Positions 34,510 through 47,023 of a stretch of 64,000 nt of DNA are shown in pieces. Every line of letters begins with the position of its first letter. The first letter of the stretch is position 1. The position numbers and the translations under genes are program-made. Where the stretch lies: the NCBI RefSeq assembly GCF_009914755.1, contig NC_060936.1; one strand, given 5' to 3'. Source of the DNA: the human T2T-CHM13v2.0 reference genome, Homo sapiens. The notes beneath the pieces are model-generated. The model worked only from the letters and a program-made list of their open reading frames with translations. It ran no database searches and was not told where the DNA came from.

Positions 34510-35950
34510 AAAGGACTGACTCAGCAAAGAAGTTTCAACTTTCAACTAACTGATATTCAAGATAGAGATAAAGGAAAAAATAGGAGGTACACAGAAACAA
34601 ATACAAGAATAGTTTGCAGGATTGAACAGCGATCAGTTCAAGTTGAAAAGGCCTATTGTGTTCCAAGCAGCATGAATGAAAAAGACTAGACCTAGGTCCA
34701 AAATGAAATTTTAAATCATCACAGATAACGAGGAGTTGATAAAAAATATCCCAGATGGGGAAGTTCAGGCCAACTAGAAAGGAATGAGAATTTGACTAGC
34801 ATCAGGCTTCTCACCAGCAATAGTAGATGCTAGAAAGCCACAGAGCAAGGCCTTTGAATTTAAGGGAAAAATGAGTGTCCACTAAAATTATGTATTTCAC
34901 TAAATGACCAATCAAGTACAAGGGGCTTGTAAAGACTCCAGTGGTTTACTTTTGGTGAACTTTTTTAAAACAAAGTTTTTTGAGAATGCGCCCCAGCACA
35001 CAGGCTTGCAAATGAAGAAAGAAGTAGATATAATGTAGAAAAAAGAAAGGAAAGGAGGAAGAGAGGAAAGGGCCCTCAGTGTTGCCAGCTATGCAGTAGT
35101 CTAGAAATATGTCAGCACAAACTGGAGTGGCAAGTTTGTGATCTCAAGTATGTCTTCAATAGCATGAATGGAGTCTAGAATGACTAAAAAGCTAGATGAT
35201 ACTAGGAATACGGTAAAAAGTGCAAATATTACTTCTCTCAACAAGGAAGAAAAGACATTCAGAAATTCTAGGGAAAAATATTCTTTACGAATTCATGGTC
35301 CAAATAAGAAGCGAATTGGAATATGGCCTTATTTAGAGACTGGCGTGAGTAAAAACAATCCATTTGACCTTTGTGCTGAGAATTTTATCCTTTGTGGGTC
35401 ACAAGGTTTGACAGTGACCCTTAGTGAAAGTAATTTGATCATATTGAAGCAAACAATTCCTATACAATCATAATAATGTAAGTATTGTTTATTGATTTTC
35501 AACTTATTGACAAAACAATGAAGGGTTTGTTATGGGTATAGAACAGAATGTAAATGTTACCAACTTTGGAAATAGAAAACCCAGCAAGGAGAAGGCCATA
35601 AAGGTGTGCAGGTACTATTAGAACACAAAGGAAGGCATCAAGAGATATGACCTGTATTTAGAGGAACCAGAAAGAGCTTTTAGAACATTGTTGATATATA
35701 AAAATAGGGGAACTAAAAATGGTGATATAACTATAGACATTTTGAAGTGAAGAAGAGTGGTTTTATGGCTAATATTTCATGTCACAGAAAAAGTCACTAG
35801 ATATATTTTCTAAAACTGATAGTTTAAGAAAATGGTATAAGGAAATTATTTTAAGAGTTGGAACTAACTATTAGAAGAACTAAAGTACAAATGGTTAAAA
35901 TGCTTGTCTCTGGGAGAGGGAATTTTATTTTTGATTATGTTAATGTTTGA
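34510..35950 (+). mobile_element. HAL1/L1M ORF1-like element
   Basis: 'aaaggaatgagaatttgactagcatcaggcttctcaccagcaatagtagatgctagaa' = degenerate ORF1 motif KGMRIxLASxFSxAxxDAR. Confidence 0.6.
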
Positions 35951-35974
35951 CTTTGATCAAAATAAGCAGCATAT

Positions 35975-37335
35975 TAAAAGATACATCATGTCAAATTGGA
36001 TTATTTCCAGGAATGCAAATGTAATTCAACATCAGAAAATCTGTTGAACTAAGTCACTACTTTAATAGATTGAAAGAGAAAAATAATAATCATCTCAAAT
36101 AGGTGCAGAAAAATTCAATAAAATTCAACAACCATTTATGATTCTAAAACTGGGAATTAAAAAAATATTAATCTGAAAAAATTACAAGTGGGAAAACATG
36201 CCTACTGTATTTATAGTAAATATTCAGATGCCAAAACTATTCCCTTTAAAATCAAGAGTAAGAAAATGCTATTATTACTTTGATTCACAATTGTTCTGGA
36301 AGTCCTACCCTGCACAATAATATAAGGAAAAGAAATAAGAAGTACAAAGAATGGGAAAGTAGAAAAAAACCATCATTCACTGCAGATTATTCACATAGAC
36401 ACTTCCCAAGAAGTACAGGCAATAAAAATATTTAGCAAGGTTGCTGGATGTAAGATTTTATTTCTATACATTTTTAACAGAAAACGTATTTTAAAAAGAT
36501 GTTATTACAGTAGCTACAAAAATATATAAGACCTCTAGGGATTAATCTAACCAAAGTTGTGAAACAAATTATAAAATTTCATTGAAAGAGATAAGAAAAC
36601 ATACCATGTTTATAGTTAAGAAGACTCAGTATTGACAAATGCCAAGTATTCTAAAAATGATTGATAGATTTAATGTAGTTCAGTAGTTCAGTAGTTTTAT
36701 TTTGTGGAATTTGACAAAGTGATGCCAAAATTTATATGAAAGAACAAAAGGCAAGATTGGTCAAAAGATACCTAAAAAAGAACAACCTAGTGATTCCACA
36801 TCCAGGTAATTTGTGCATGCGTGCACCAGACAATATGTACTTAAATATTTATAGCAGCCTTGTTCATAACAGTAAAGACCAAAATAAAACAAAATTAAAA
36901 AGAAATCACATGTCCATCAATGGTAGAATAGATATATAAATTGTGGTATATTCCTATACTGAAATACTACATAATAACAAAAAATATCAGTAAATAACAG
37001 CCACCTGCATTAGCCTGGCTGAATTTTCAAAGCACAATGTTTAAAGGAAAAAGAAAATCATAGGTAAATGCATGCAGTATGATTCTCTTCCCATAAAGTT
37101 CTAAAAAGATAAAGTTAACAATGTTTTATTTATTACATGTTATGTAATATATATGTTTAAAGAGTGAAGGACAGATATGGGATTAGTAACACTAAATTTT
37201 GGATAGTGATTATTTCTGGGACATGAGCTCAGGCAGCGAGAGTGAAATGGAATTAGAGAGCGGCTTATAAGATACTCCCAAAGTACTGGGAATTTGTAAT
37301 CCAAGGTGGGTGGTGAGTACATGGAGATTCATCTT
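35975..37335 (+). mobile_element. Degenerate L1ME ORF2 and 3' end
   Basis: 'ttatttccaggaatgcaa', 'aaaattcaacaccatttatgat', 'tgtccatcaatggtagaatagat...attgtggtatattc'. Confidence 0.7.
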
Positions 37336-37582
37336 ATTCAAGAAAACATGCATAGGCCACTAACCATAGAATATTTATCTTCCTTTTTTCGCTTCCCAGA
37401 GACAACCACTGTTCTAATCAAATGTTATTTATGTGCATGTATATATGTAAATGATAGAAATAATCATATTGTTTTCAAACTTACATAAATGGTATCATAC
37501 TCTATATCACCTGGAACCTGTTTGTTAACTCATTGTACATTTTCAGGATATATCCATCATTACTCTTATAATGCCCATTTTA

Positions 37583-37906
<324 letters not shown>

Positions 37907-38371
37907 TCAGAAAATCAAAAGCCCAGAGAGGCCGAAGGCACAGAGAGATTCAAGGTCACACACTAGTGAGTGTATAGCTGGGATTTGAACTGAGACTCCA
38001 CACTATATTTTCTCTCTTGTAGATGTAATTCATTCACTTTAAATGGCTTCAAATGATTAGACTCCTGTTTATATTTTAAAGTTTCCTTTTTTAATATTGC
38101 AAACAACACTTTGTGCAAAACTCTTGGTACACATATATGGGTATCTGCATTTTCAGTTTTCTTAGATCTTGCCAAATTGTTTTCCAAATAATTGTGAATT
38201 GCTCTCACAAATAATGTGTGAACATTCCAATTTATTCACGTTATTATCAATATTTATTATTTTCAGATTTTGGTGTCTATCAGTTCCTAAGGGATATGAA
38301 ATGCTATTTCATTTTAATTTGCATTTTTCTAATTTTTAGTGATGCTAAAAATTTTGGTCACTTGGGTTTAC

Positions 38372-38430
38372 TTTTCTATGAATTGCCTGTTGATATTCTT
38401 TGTCCACTTTTTCTATGAATTGCCTGTTGA
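38372..38430. repeat. 22-bp direct repeat, period 37, within an L1ME fragment
   Basis: ttttctatgaattgcctgttga at 38372 and 38409. Confidence 0.85.
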
Positions 38431-38707
38431 AATTGTGTTGCTTGACATTTGTTTGTTGATTGATGCAAAGTGTTTACACATTAAAGAGAGTTCATATATA
38501 TATATATTTTAAATATCTTTTCTCAGTCTGTGGTTGGTCTTTTAACTTGGTGTTTGGTGTCTGCATGATACAAAAGACTTTTAAATTGAACATAGTATCA
38601 TGTGTCAGCATTTCCTTTATGAGCTGTGCTTTTTTTCTGTTCATGATTGTTTTTCAAGGAAAGCATAATATAATATTGTATTACAAAAAAAAGTTTTTCA
38701 CTTTCAG

Positions 38708-38881
38708 ACAACTACCAAGTCCTCTTCCAGACTTCCTGTACATTTTTGTACCAAAATGATGATGTGTGTGACAGCGCAGATGGTAGAAAAAAGACTCAGA
38801 CCAAAGTGGATATTACATGGATCCTTCTACTGCGCTACTATATTCACCTTCAGAGGATTAATAATCTGAGCAAACTGCTAG
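38708..38881 (+). CDS. CFAP54: Internal coding exon F (174 nt, phase 1-1): DNYQVLFQTSCTFLYQNDDVCDSADGRKKTQTKVDITWILLLRYYIHLQRINNLSKLL
   Basis: Acceptor tttttcactttcag|AC; donor TAG|gtaggt; overlaps ORF 38746-38952 in frame. Confidence 0.9.
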
Positions 38882-39010
38882 GTAGGTTTTTTGATGTGTT
38901 AAGAGAGAACATATTTCTTTCTAATTCCCATTTAAGTCATGTTTCTTGTTGAGAATTATAAGATACTTTTGACATCTTTCTGAGTGACTGTCATCAGAAG
39001 ATGAAAATTT

Positions 39011-39176
39011 CATGGGTTCTTAACCTGGGATACATGCATCTTTGGATAGAATAGTACTTCAATGTAATTGGTTTCTTTAGAAATTCTATATATATTATTT
39101 CATATGTTTAAAAACATCATGATAAGGAGGCATCCAGAGGCTTTCCAAGACCACTGCCAAAGTTAAGAACTAGTGA
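39011..39176. mobile_element. Small hAT-Charlie MITE
   Basis: Terminal inverted motifs gttcttaac / gttaagaac; internal 'aatgtaattggtttcttt...tttaaaaacat'. Confidence 0.55.
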
Positions 39177-39639
39177 TTCCAATGTGACAGTTTATGAAAT
39201 GAACAAGATGACATTTTGGCTTTAGAGAAAGAGTGGTCCAGTAGCCGGTATGTCAGAGGGAAGAAATGCATGACTTCAGATGGCATATTAATTCCGTGGA
39301 GTTTTTTTTTTTTAATCATTGGTGCTATCTAAAAAATATCCAGAAAAACTGATAAAATCTGCTTCACATTAGTCCCTCTTGTGATTGTGTGACATTGTTA
39401 TGTTTTATCTGTGCTCATAATGTTGGTGATCCAGTGTTGCCCATCAGTGCAAACAGTCAGAAAAGACAATTTGACCCATGCCAGGGCACAGTGATGGGGA
39501 AACCAGAAGGGCAAATAGGCTGAGTCACAGAGTTGCTAAGCACAGTTACCAGGAGCTCACAAGCCCTCTGAAAGGTGTCAGGACGAAAAGGTTCATGGTG
39601 ATGGGGGCTAGAGCAAGGGAAGTTCAGAGGGAAAGGACA

Positions 39640-40106
39640 TGGACAAGAGCCAGTGCAGCCAGCCCTGGTGATCCCTTGCCCCTCAGCCAGTCTGCTCACC
39701 TCTGAATTCACCTGCTGGCACTTCCCACAAGTGCCATGTCTTACTGCTTTTCTGCCCTGGGCTTTCTTTGAAACTACTGAGGTTTGACCAGCCTGCAGAC
39801 AGGGTTTCCGCAGACACAGGAGTAACCTTCAGCTATTGAGGTAGGGAGCTCCTAGATAAACATACCAGCTTCTCAGTCTCTCGACGGGACAGTTCTACGT
39901 AGTTTGTCAGAAGGTTCCCAGTGGGACTGAGCCCTCACTGCCCAAGGCTGTAGCCCACTCATTTACTCACCCTTATTGGCTCTTTTTGTTTTCTCTGTCA
40001 CACTTTGTCCATTCCCTCACTTGTGCTTCTTGAAATGACTTTTCAAATAAACTGTCTACAAATTCTTACCTTAGGATCTGTTTTAGGGGGAACCCAAAAG
40101 AAAATA
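39640..40106 (+). mobile_element. LTR16-like ERVL LTR
   Basis: 'agataaacataccagcttctc...gaaggttcccagtgggactgagccc...aaataaact...ggatctgttttagggggaaccca'. Confidence 0.65.
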
Positions 40107-40180
40107 GGTACATGGAATGTATGGCACCATTGTTAATACCTAAAACTAAGCATTACCCTCATGTGCCTTTGAAATTTTCT

Positions 40181-40471
40181 TTTTTTTAATCTTTTTTTTT
40201 TTTTTTTGTCACCCACGCTGGTGTGCAAGGCTGCGATCTTGGCTCACTGCAACCTTCGCCTCCTGGGTTCAAGTGATTCTTCTGCCTCAGGCTTCTGAGT
40301 AGCTGGGATTACAGGCGTGTGCCACCATGCCCAGCTAATTTTTATATTTTTAGTAGAGATAGGGTTTTGCTATTTTGGCTAGGCTGGTCTCAAACTCCTG
40401 ACCTCAGGTGATCCTCCCACCTCAGCCTCCCAAAGTGCTGGGATTATAGGCATAAGCCACCGCGCCTGGCC
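40181..40471 (-). mobile_element. AluSx-like
   Basis: Antisense Alu; TSD tgaaattttcttt. Confidence 0.93.
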
Positions 40472-40665
40472 TGAAATTTTCTTTCCTTCTGTGGCAAGAA
40501 ACAATTCCATTAGTGTATAAGCCCTAAAAACAGAGGGACGTCATTGGCAGCCTCTAGCGGAGGTGGGAATATGTAACGATAGTGGTTAGTGAGCAAATAC
40601 CAGCAATATTGAGATCATCCCGTTTTCTAATATGAACCTAAAGTAAGGTATTTTTCTTTCTTAAG

Positions 40666-40889
40666 CATCTGCAACACCAGTATCTGGAATTTCTTTGCCA
40701 GATGATACACTTCTCACATCCCTTTACAACTCTGAGTTGATTTTGCGCCAGAAAGAAGTGCATTTTTTCCTTAAAAAATTCTTACAGCTGTATTCTTCTT
40801 CTTGTATTGATGAATTTCCAAAAGAACTTCTTTGTCAACTGGAAAATCCCCCTCTTTCAGAAAAAGACTTACGTGAATCATCTGCCAAG
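40666..40889 (+). CDS. CFAP54: Internal coding exon G (224 nt, phase 1-0): ASATPVSGISLPDDTLLTSLYNSELILRQKEVHFFLKKFLQLYSSSCIDEFPKELLCQLENPPLSEKDLRESSAK
   Basis: Acceptor tttttctttcttaag|CA; donor AAG|gtaacg; in frame with ORF 40695-40910. Confidence 0.88.
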
Positions 40890-41892
40890 GTAACGTTTTT
40901 TGAAACATGATATATTTACATAAAACTTCTTGGAATCATCATTATATTTCAGAAGGAAACACATTAGCTTCCATGCTGGCACAGATTTCTACTTCTCTCA
41001 GAGTTCTAGGGAAGGCTCATTCCTGTGTTACCATGTGGATAGGCTAACCAAACATCCTGGGATTTTAGGACAGTTCACATTTCAATTGTTCAGTCTTGTT
41101 CTCATAAGTCTTTTAAAATGCCTTAGAAGTTTCTATATTCCTGCACAAAACAGCATCTCTCAAGCAACCATTTTGCCAAAAAGTTACACAGATTTCAGTA
41201 TCATCACTCTATAAGAAAACTAGACTGATAGTGTCTAAATCTGTGCCCAGTTTCTGTACTTTGGTTTTAAATGTGTGATAAAAATTATTCATTGTGAGTA
41301 CCTTTTGCAATTGTGAGTGTAAATAATAGAGGTAACACTTTAAAATAAATTAAAAGTGTGAAGACTTTTTATTTGGAAAAGTGTTATTAAATTGGATACA
41401 TTTTCCCAAGATATGTAATATGGAAACTTTTTAAGGTATTGATTGTAGAGACATAAAAAGAGGAATATAAATGGAGATTTTTCAAAATTAAAGCTACTAA
41501 AGTCTTGAATAGCAGTAGTTTGGATAAACTTCCAAAATGAATGTGTTAAAAGACACTGAAAAAGTAAAGGATTTTACTTAAAAATAAGAATATGTATTTG
41601 AAATTTGGTATTCAACCAACCTATGTTGAATACCTACTGTGTGCCAGAGACACTGTTAGTTGGTGGAGAAAGGATGGATAAAGCGTAGTCCCTGTACATA
41701 TAGTCTCAGTGTGGTAGTAGAGAAACAGTGACAGGGTTAAAACAGAAGAAAGTTACTTTATTTCAGAGATACTTTCTAAGAGAAAATCGCAGGATTAATA
41801 CTAGCAGAAATAATGTGAAAATTAGTATATCTTAGTTTTACTTTCAATACTCTCAATAGGGCTGATTGGCAAAGGATAGATGAAAAAGTGAG

Positions 41893-42028
41893 GTTTTTTT
41901 TTTTTGGTTTTTTTTTTGAGACAGAGTCTCTCTCTGTCGCCCAGCCTGGAGTGCAGTGGTGTGATCTTTCTTGGCTCACTGCCGCCTCTGCCTCCTGGGT
42001 TCAAGCGATTGTCCTGTCTCAGCCTCCC
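41893..42028 (-). mobile_element. 5'-truncated Alu
   Basis: Poly-T plus ~110 bp of right arm; TSD gaaaaagtgag (41882, 42029). Confidence 0.9.
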
Positions 42029-45000
42029 GAAAAAGTGAGTTATTTAAGAAAGAGGTGATGAAGTCATGAAGCTTATGACACAAGAATGGAAAGGAAGAGA
42101 TGGCTGTAAAACATATTTGCTTAAGTAACACTGAAAACAACAACAACCGAAACAGTTTTGTGACTCTTTGGAGCTGGAAAGTGAAGAGGAAATGACTAGA
42201 GCCTCTTGTACCATTTGGAACTTCTGTCTGTGATCATTAGTGCATGGTGACATCATTAGCACATACAGGGGAGGCAGGAGCATGAGCACATTTTTCTGCT
42301 TCGTAGATACAGAATTTGAGATTCTTGTAGAAAACTCAAGTGGACATAGCATATTGTAAGCTTCCAATACATATCTGTGAAATGAATAAGTTGTACAGAA
42401 TTCTTTCAAAACTAGAAAAAAATCACTGATTTATTTTGAATTATCTCTACTTTGGACTTTACCATTGAACTCTTTAATTTTTATAGCTATAGATTTTCCC
42501 ATATAAGATATGTTCATGTTACTGTTGCCAACTCTCCCAGAGAAGTTCCCAGAGAACTGAAAATGTGGCTTGTTCCAGAATGGTGACCCTTGCTTATCTT
42601 ATCCTACTAGAATATAGCAACCTTATGTTTTGGGTAGATTAAATTATACATTTTTTTTTTTAAAAAATCACTCTTTTGAACATTCCTTCCCTACTCAAGA
42701 GAGTCAGATGACTGTTAATAAATTGTAAGTTTTTAAAAGTAGTGGAAAAACCTATTAAGATATTTTTAAGAATCCAGTTAAAGAAATGATTCTCAGTTGG
42801 TGTTATGCAGTGGCCCTCAGTGCAATGTATTGAAAGCACACTGGAAGATTTTTCAAACGACTTCCTCTCTCCTAGATACTGGGATATTGTGGCATGCCCA
42901 ATGCTCAGCAACCCCATTCTGTGCCCAGATTCTAAATCATTCAGGAAATAAGAGAAAAGAGTAAAACAGATTGGGATTTAAAAATGCTCATCTTTATGAG
43001 TGATGAAGTTGATATTATAGGATGTGGTTTATATTTATTGGTGAAATGATCTTCCTAGTAATGAGTACCAAAGTAGACAGATTTTCCAATCTGGCCTCAT
43101 ATTATTGGGTCATTTCAGGCTCCTCATGTGGGGACAGGCTCCTTAAAATCTGTTGCGTGAGGAGCAGAGAGTGTTCACTTCCTGCAAACATTTTACTCCC
43201 AGGAAGAAAGCGCAGAAATAGGCATGCCCAAAGTTCTTTTTCCCAGATTCAGCAATCGAGTAACACTCCCCCATGGGAAGGAGTGAGTGAGGACGTGAAC
43301 AGGCCAGGAAGGTAATGTTAATGTCTGGCCCTGCACACAGAAGGGCACAGTGGGAGTAGAATGAAATCATTGCCATCTAACACCAGATTCAGATTCACCC
43401 CTCCTGGGAACTGAGACTATTTTTGAGGATTACTGCCAGGTGTCACAGATACCTCAGGCATTTTGGAGTAGGGGGCAGAGGACGGGAAGACTGAGAACAA
43501 TAGTTTCAACTGATCTATTCTTGTGAATATTATGTAAGAGTTTGGAAACTAATAGGTGTGATTTCTTAAATACTGTTCTACAAGGAGCTCTGCTTGAGTA
43601 TTTTAGTATTAAGGGCAGCCTATCATTACCCATTTCCTAAAGATTATGCTCCAAATGTTCAAGCTTGAATACGTTGTAAATACAAGTGACATTTCTAATG
43701 GCAACAGTGTTATCAAAGAGTTGTTTCACCCTGTTTGCTCTTTTTTGATATAATTAGTGTAACACTCCCCAGGAAAATCAGCTCTGGAGATCATTGTCTC
43801 TTGCCTGACAGGTGAAGCCACCTCATCATGTGTTCGTTTCACTGGGGTAGACAGCTAATGAGCATAAAGCCTTTCGGATTTATATATACATATATAAACT
43901 CCAAGCTTGGCTGATTTTTGTAATAACATTTTTGAACCTTTAATCACTCAGGAGGCTATTTCAATCAAACTCGTTCCATAATTTGATACTTAAACCTACT
44001 TCCCCCACAAAGAAGTAGATGCCTTTCCAGAACAATCATTGCTCCGTGTTGTGCTCATCAGTTGTGTGATTCTGCATGTTGTCAAGTCTTTCGGAGCTTT
44101 GTGATGGAAAAACAAAGGTGGCAAACAAGTTACATTAAAAATTTCCCAAAAAGAATATGATTAAAACTGTGCATAATGCTGAGTTATTCATGCTTGGACT
44201 GTATGCTTGAATACAGTCAGTTGTAAGGTTAAATATCTGACTAGCGTGAGCTGCTTTATTGTTTATAGGACTGTGGCAAACCAAGGTTCTCCTGGTAGGC
44301 CTGTTGTTTTATTTCTTTCAAAGAACAAAAAAAAAAAATAGAATAAAAGTACTCAGTGTATAATTCATCAATTAGCATATGTAATGAATCCTCTTAGCAA
44401 CTACATATATAGTATTTGAAAGGTAATGGAATATTAAATACCTATTTTGATATTGACTTATGTTTATAATTTATCATTATTAGACTACTGTGCTAATAAA
44501 CAATGCACATATTGAAATAAAAGGTATTTTTACTTTTCAATACTTATCTAGTTATTGAATATGAATTGTTTGCTAAAATAGTTGTCAGAACCTCTGAAAA
44601 TCACTCAGATATGAAGAAATTTAAGAAATTATTTTTTGAATTAATTACTTGATTTTTTTTTGATGAACTGCCTGACATAAAATTATTCTTAATTAAGCAC
44701 TTACAAATGATGATTTAACCCTGCTAATCTTGCTTATTGTGTATTTTGATCATGCTTTTAGAAGCAAGGATTCTGGTTTATAATAGCCTTTTATGATTGT
44801 CTCTAGACATTTAGAAAACTTTTCACATTTAATATTACCTTTCAGTCAAAACATTTTTTCTTTTATCAGTAGACAACTTGAAAGGTCAGTGTTTTTATTT
44901 CCGTTTTTATTTTATTTTGAAGACTTAACATTCACAGTCATATTATATCTTGAATAGGCTCAGAAATAATGGGAGGGACAAAGCCTTATAGAAACACCAG

Positions 45001-45167
45001 GCATTTCTTTCTGGCCACTGACAAATACTGCTTGGTCCTCAAACCTTGACAGGCCTTAGATATCAAAAAGACTGAAGTAGAGGGACCAATTCCCAGCTGC
45101 CATGCTACAAGCTTGGGTATAACAAGAAGTTAATATGGAAAGTAGTTTGCACTTCATTGAAGAACGC

Positions 45168-45252
45168 TTTTTTTTTTTTTTTTTTGAGACGGAGTCTCAC
45201 TCTGTTGCCCAGGCTGCAGTGCAGTGGCGTGATATCGGCTCACTGCAACCTC
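45168..45252 (-). mobile_element. Very short 5'-truncated Alu
   Basis: Poly-T then gagacggagtctcactctgttgccc...ctgcaacctc. Confidence 0.88.
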
Positions 45253-45731
45253 AGAAGGTCCTTTTTTTAGACTTGAAATATTGTTTTTACCATTATTATC
45301 TCTATGGCTAGCCTATTGTTTTGTTGATCATTAGCAACCATGCTTTGCTTTTTCAGCTACCTTAAACAACTAATTAAGTAATTTACCAAATTGGCAATTG
45401 CATTCTATACATTTATATTTCTGAAGATTCCTCATTCAGTGACCAAAGTTGCATAAAAGAAGCTGGGCCCACATTCATCAAGGACAAAACTTACAAATCA
45501 GCCACATTCATTTAAGGAGAGGAGGATTTTAACTTTTCAGAGCAAGTGGGTTTTACAGCAATGGATTTTAGACTTTGGAGCAAAATATGTCTTATTTTCC
45601 ATATGGCATTGCAAAAAAATACTATTGGAAAAATAAATAGTAATTTATAACCACACCCTTAGTGTATTCACCAGTGAAAAAAACAGAAACCAAATAGGTG
45701 TTCCTAGAAACAGTGGTAATGTTGAGACTGA

Positions 45732-46132
<401 letters not shown>

Positions 46133-46311
46133 AGCATATTTTTACTGTAGGAGAATCTTCTCTGTAGTAAGCCAGGGTTAGTTTTAAGATTTACCTCCAT
46201 AAAACAAGCTGAGACAATCCCAGAATTTTTCAATATAGCCAAATAATTTGTTTCATATATGTAACAAATTTATTACCAGTAATTAAACTGATGTTTTTGT
46301 TTGTTCCCTAG

Positions 46312-46482
46312 TTGTATCGCGATAGTTCTGTACAATCCATTTTATCTTTTAAGCCTGTTTCAGGCTCATCTTGTGTGGACATAACGCCAATAGAAATGGT
46401 AACGCAAGCTTCAAACAAAGAACTTTGCTTTCAATGGTACATTCCTCCCCTGGATAGACCTCCCAAGGAGACAGAACCTATG
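46312..46482 (+). CDS. CFAP54: Internal coding exon H (171 nt, phase 0-0): LYRDSSVQSILSFKPVSGSSCVDITPIEMVTQASNKELCFQWYIPPLDRPPKETEPM
   Basis: Acceptor tttgtttgttccctag|TTG; donor ATG|gtatgt; ORF 46312-46533. Confidence 0.9.
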
Positions 46483-47023
46483 GTATGTAATGTACTTATA
46501 GAACTCAATATTTCATTTATATATAAAGCTTAACTAAACCATTATAACTTGGAGAGTAGAGGACATTCTCTTATCATATAGATGAGAACAGGTATCAATA
46601 TATAATCTACATTGTCTAGTAGAATAAATTTGAAAATAACCAAGAAATCGGGGAAAGTCTGATTCAGGCTGATCATTTTTCTTTTTCCTGATCCCATAGG
46701 GAAAATTTTCAGTGTGTCACCATTATATATGATGCTTAACTTTTTTTTGGTAGTTATTCTTTATCATGTTAAAGAATTTTTTTACTGCTATTTTGCTAAG
46801 AATATTTACCATGAATATTTTACTGTATCTATTAAGATTATTTTTATAATTTTTCTTTTTAATATTTAATTGATTTTATAATGTTAGATCAATGTTGTGT
46901 TTCTGAGATAAACTCAAATTGGTCATGATATATTTATTTTGCTGGATTCAGTTTGCTATTATTTGTATTAAATTTTCACCTCTGTTTTCCTGAGTAATAT
47001 TGGGCTATTTTTATACTATTCTT

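Noticed and set aside
40536-40566. CRE-like ggacgtca and CTCF-like cagcctctagcgg upstream of exon G
   Set aside because: Both deviate at informative positions; cannot be supported without ChIP data.
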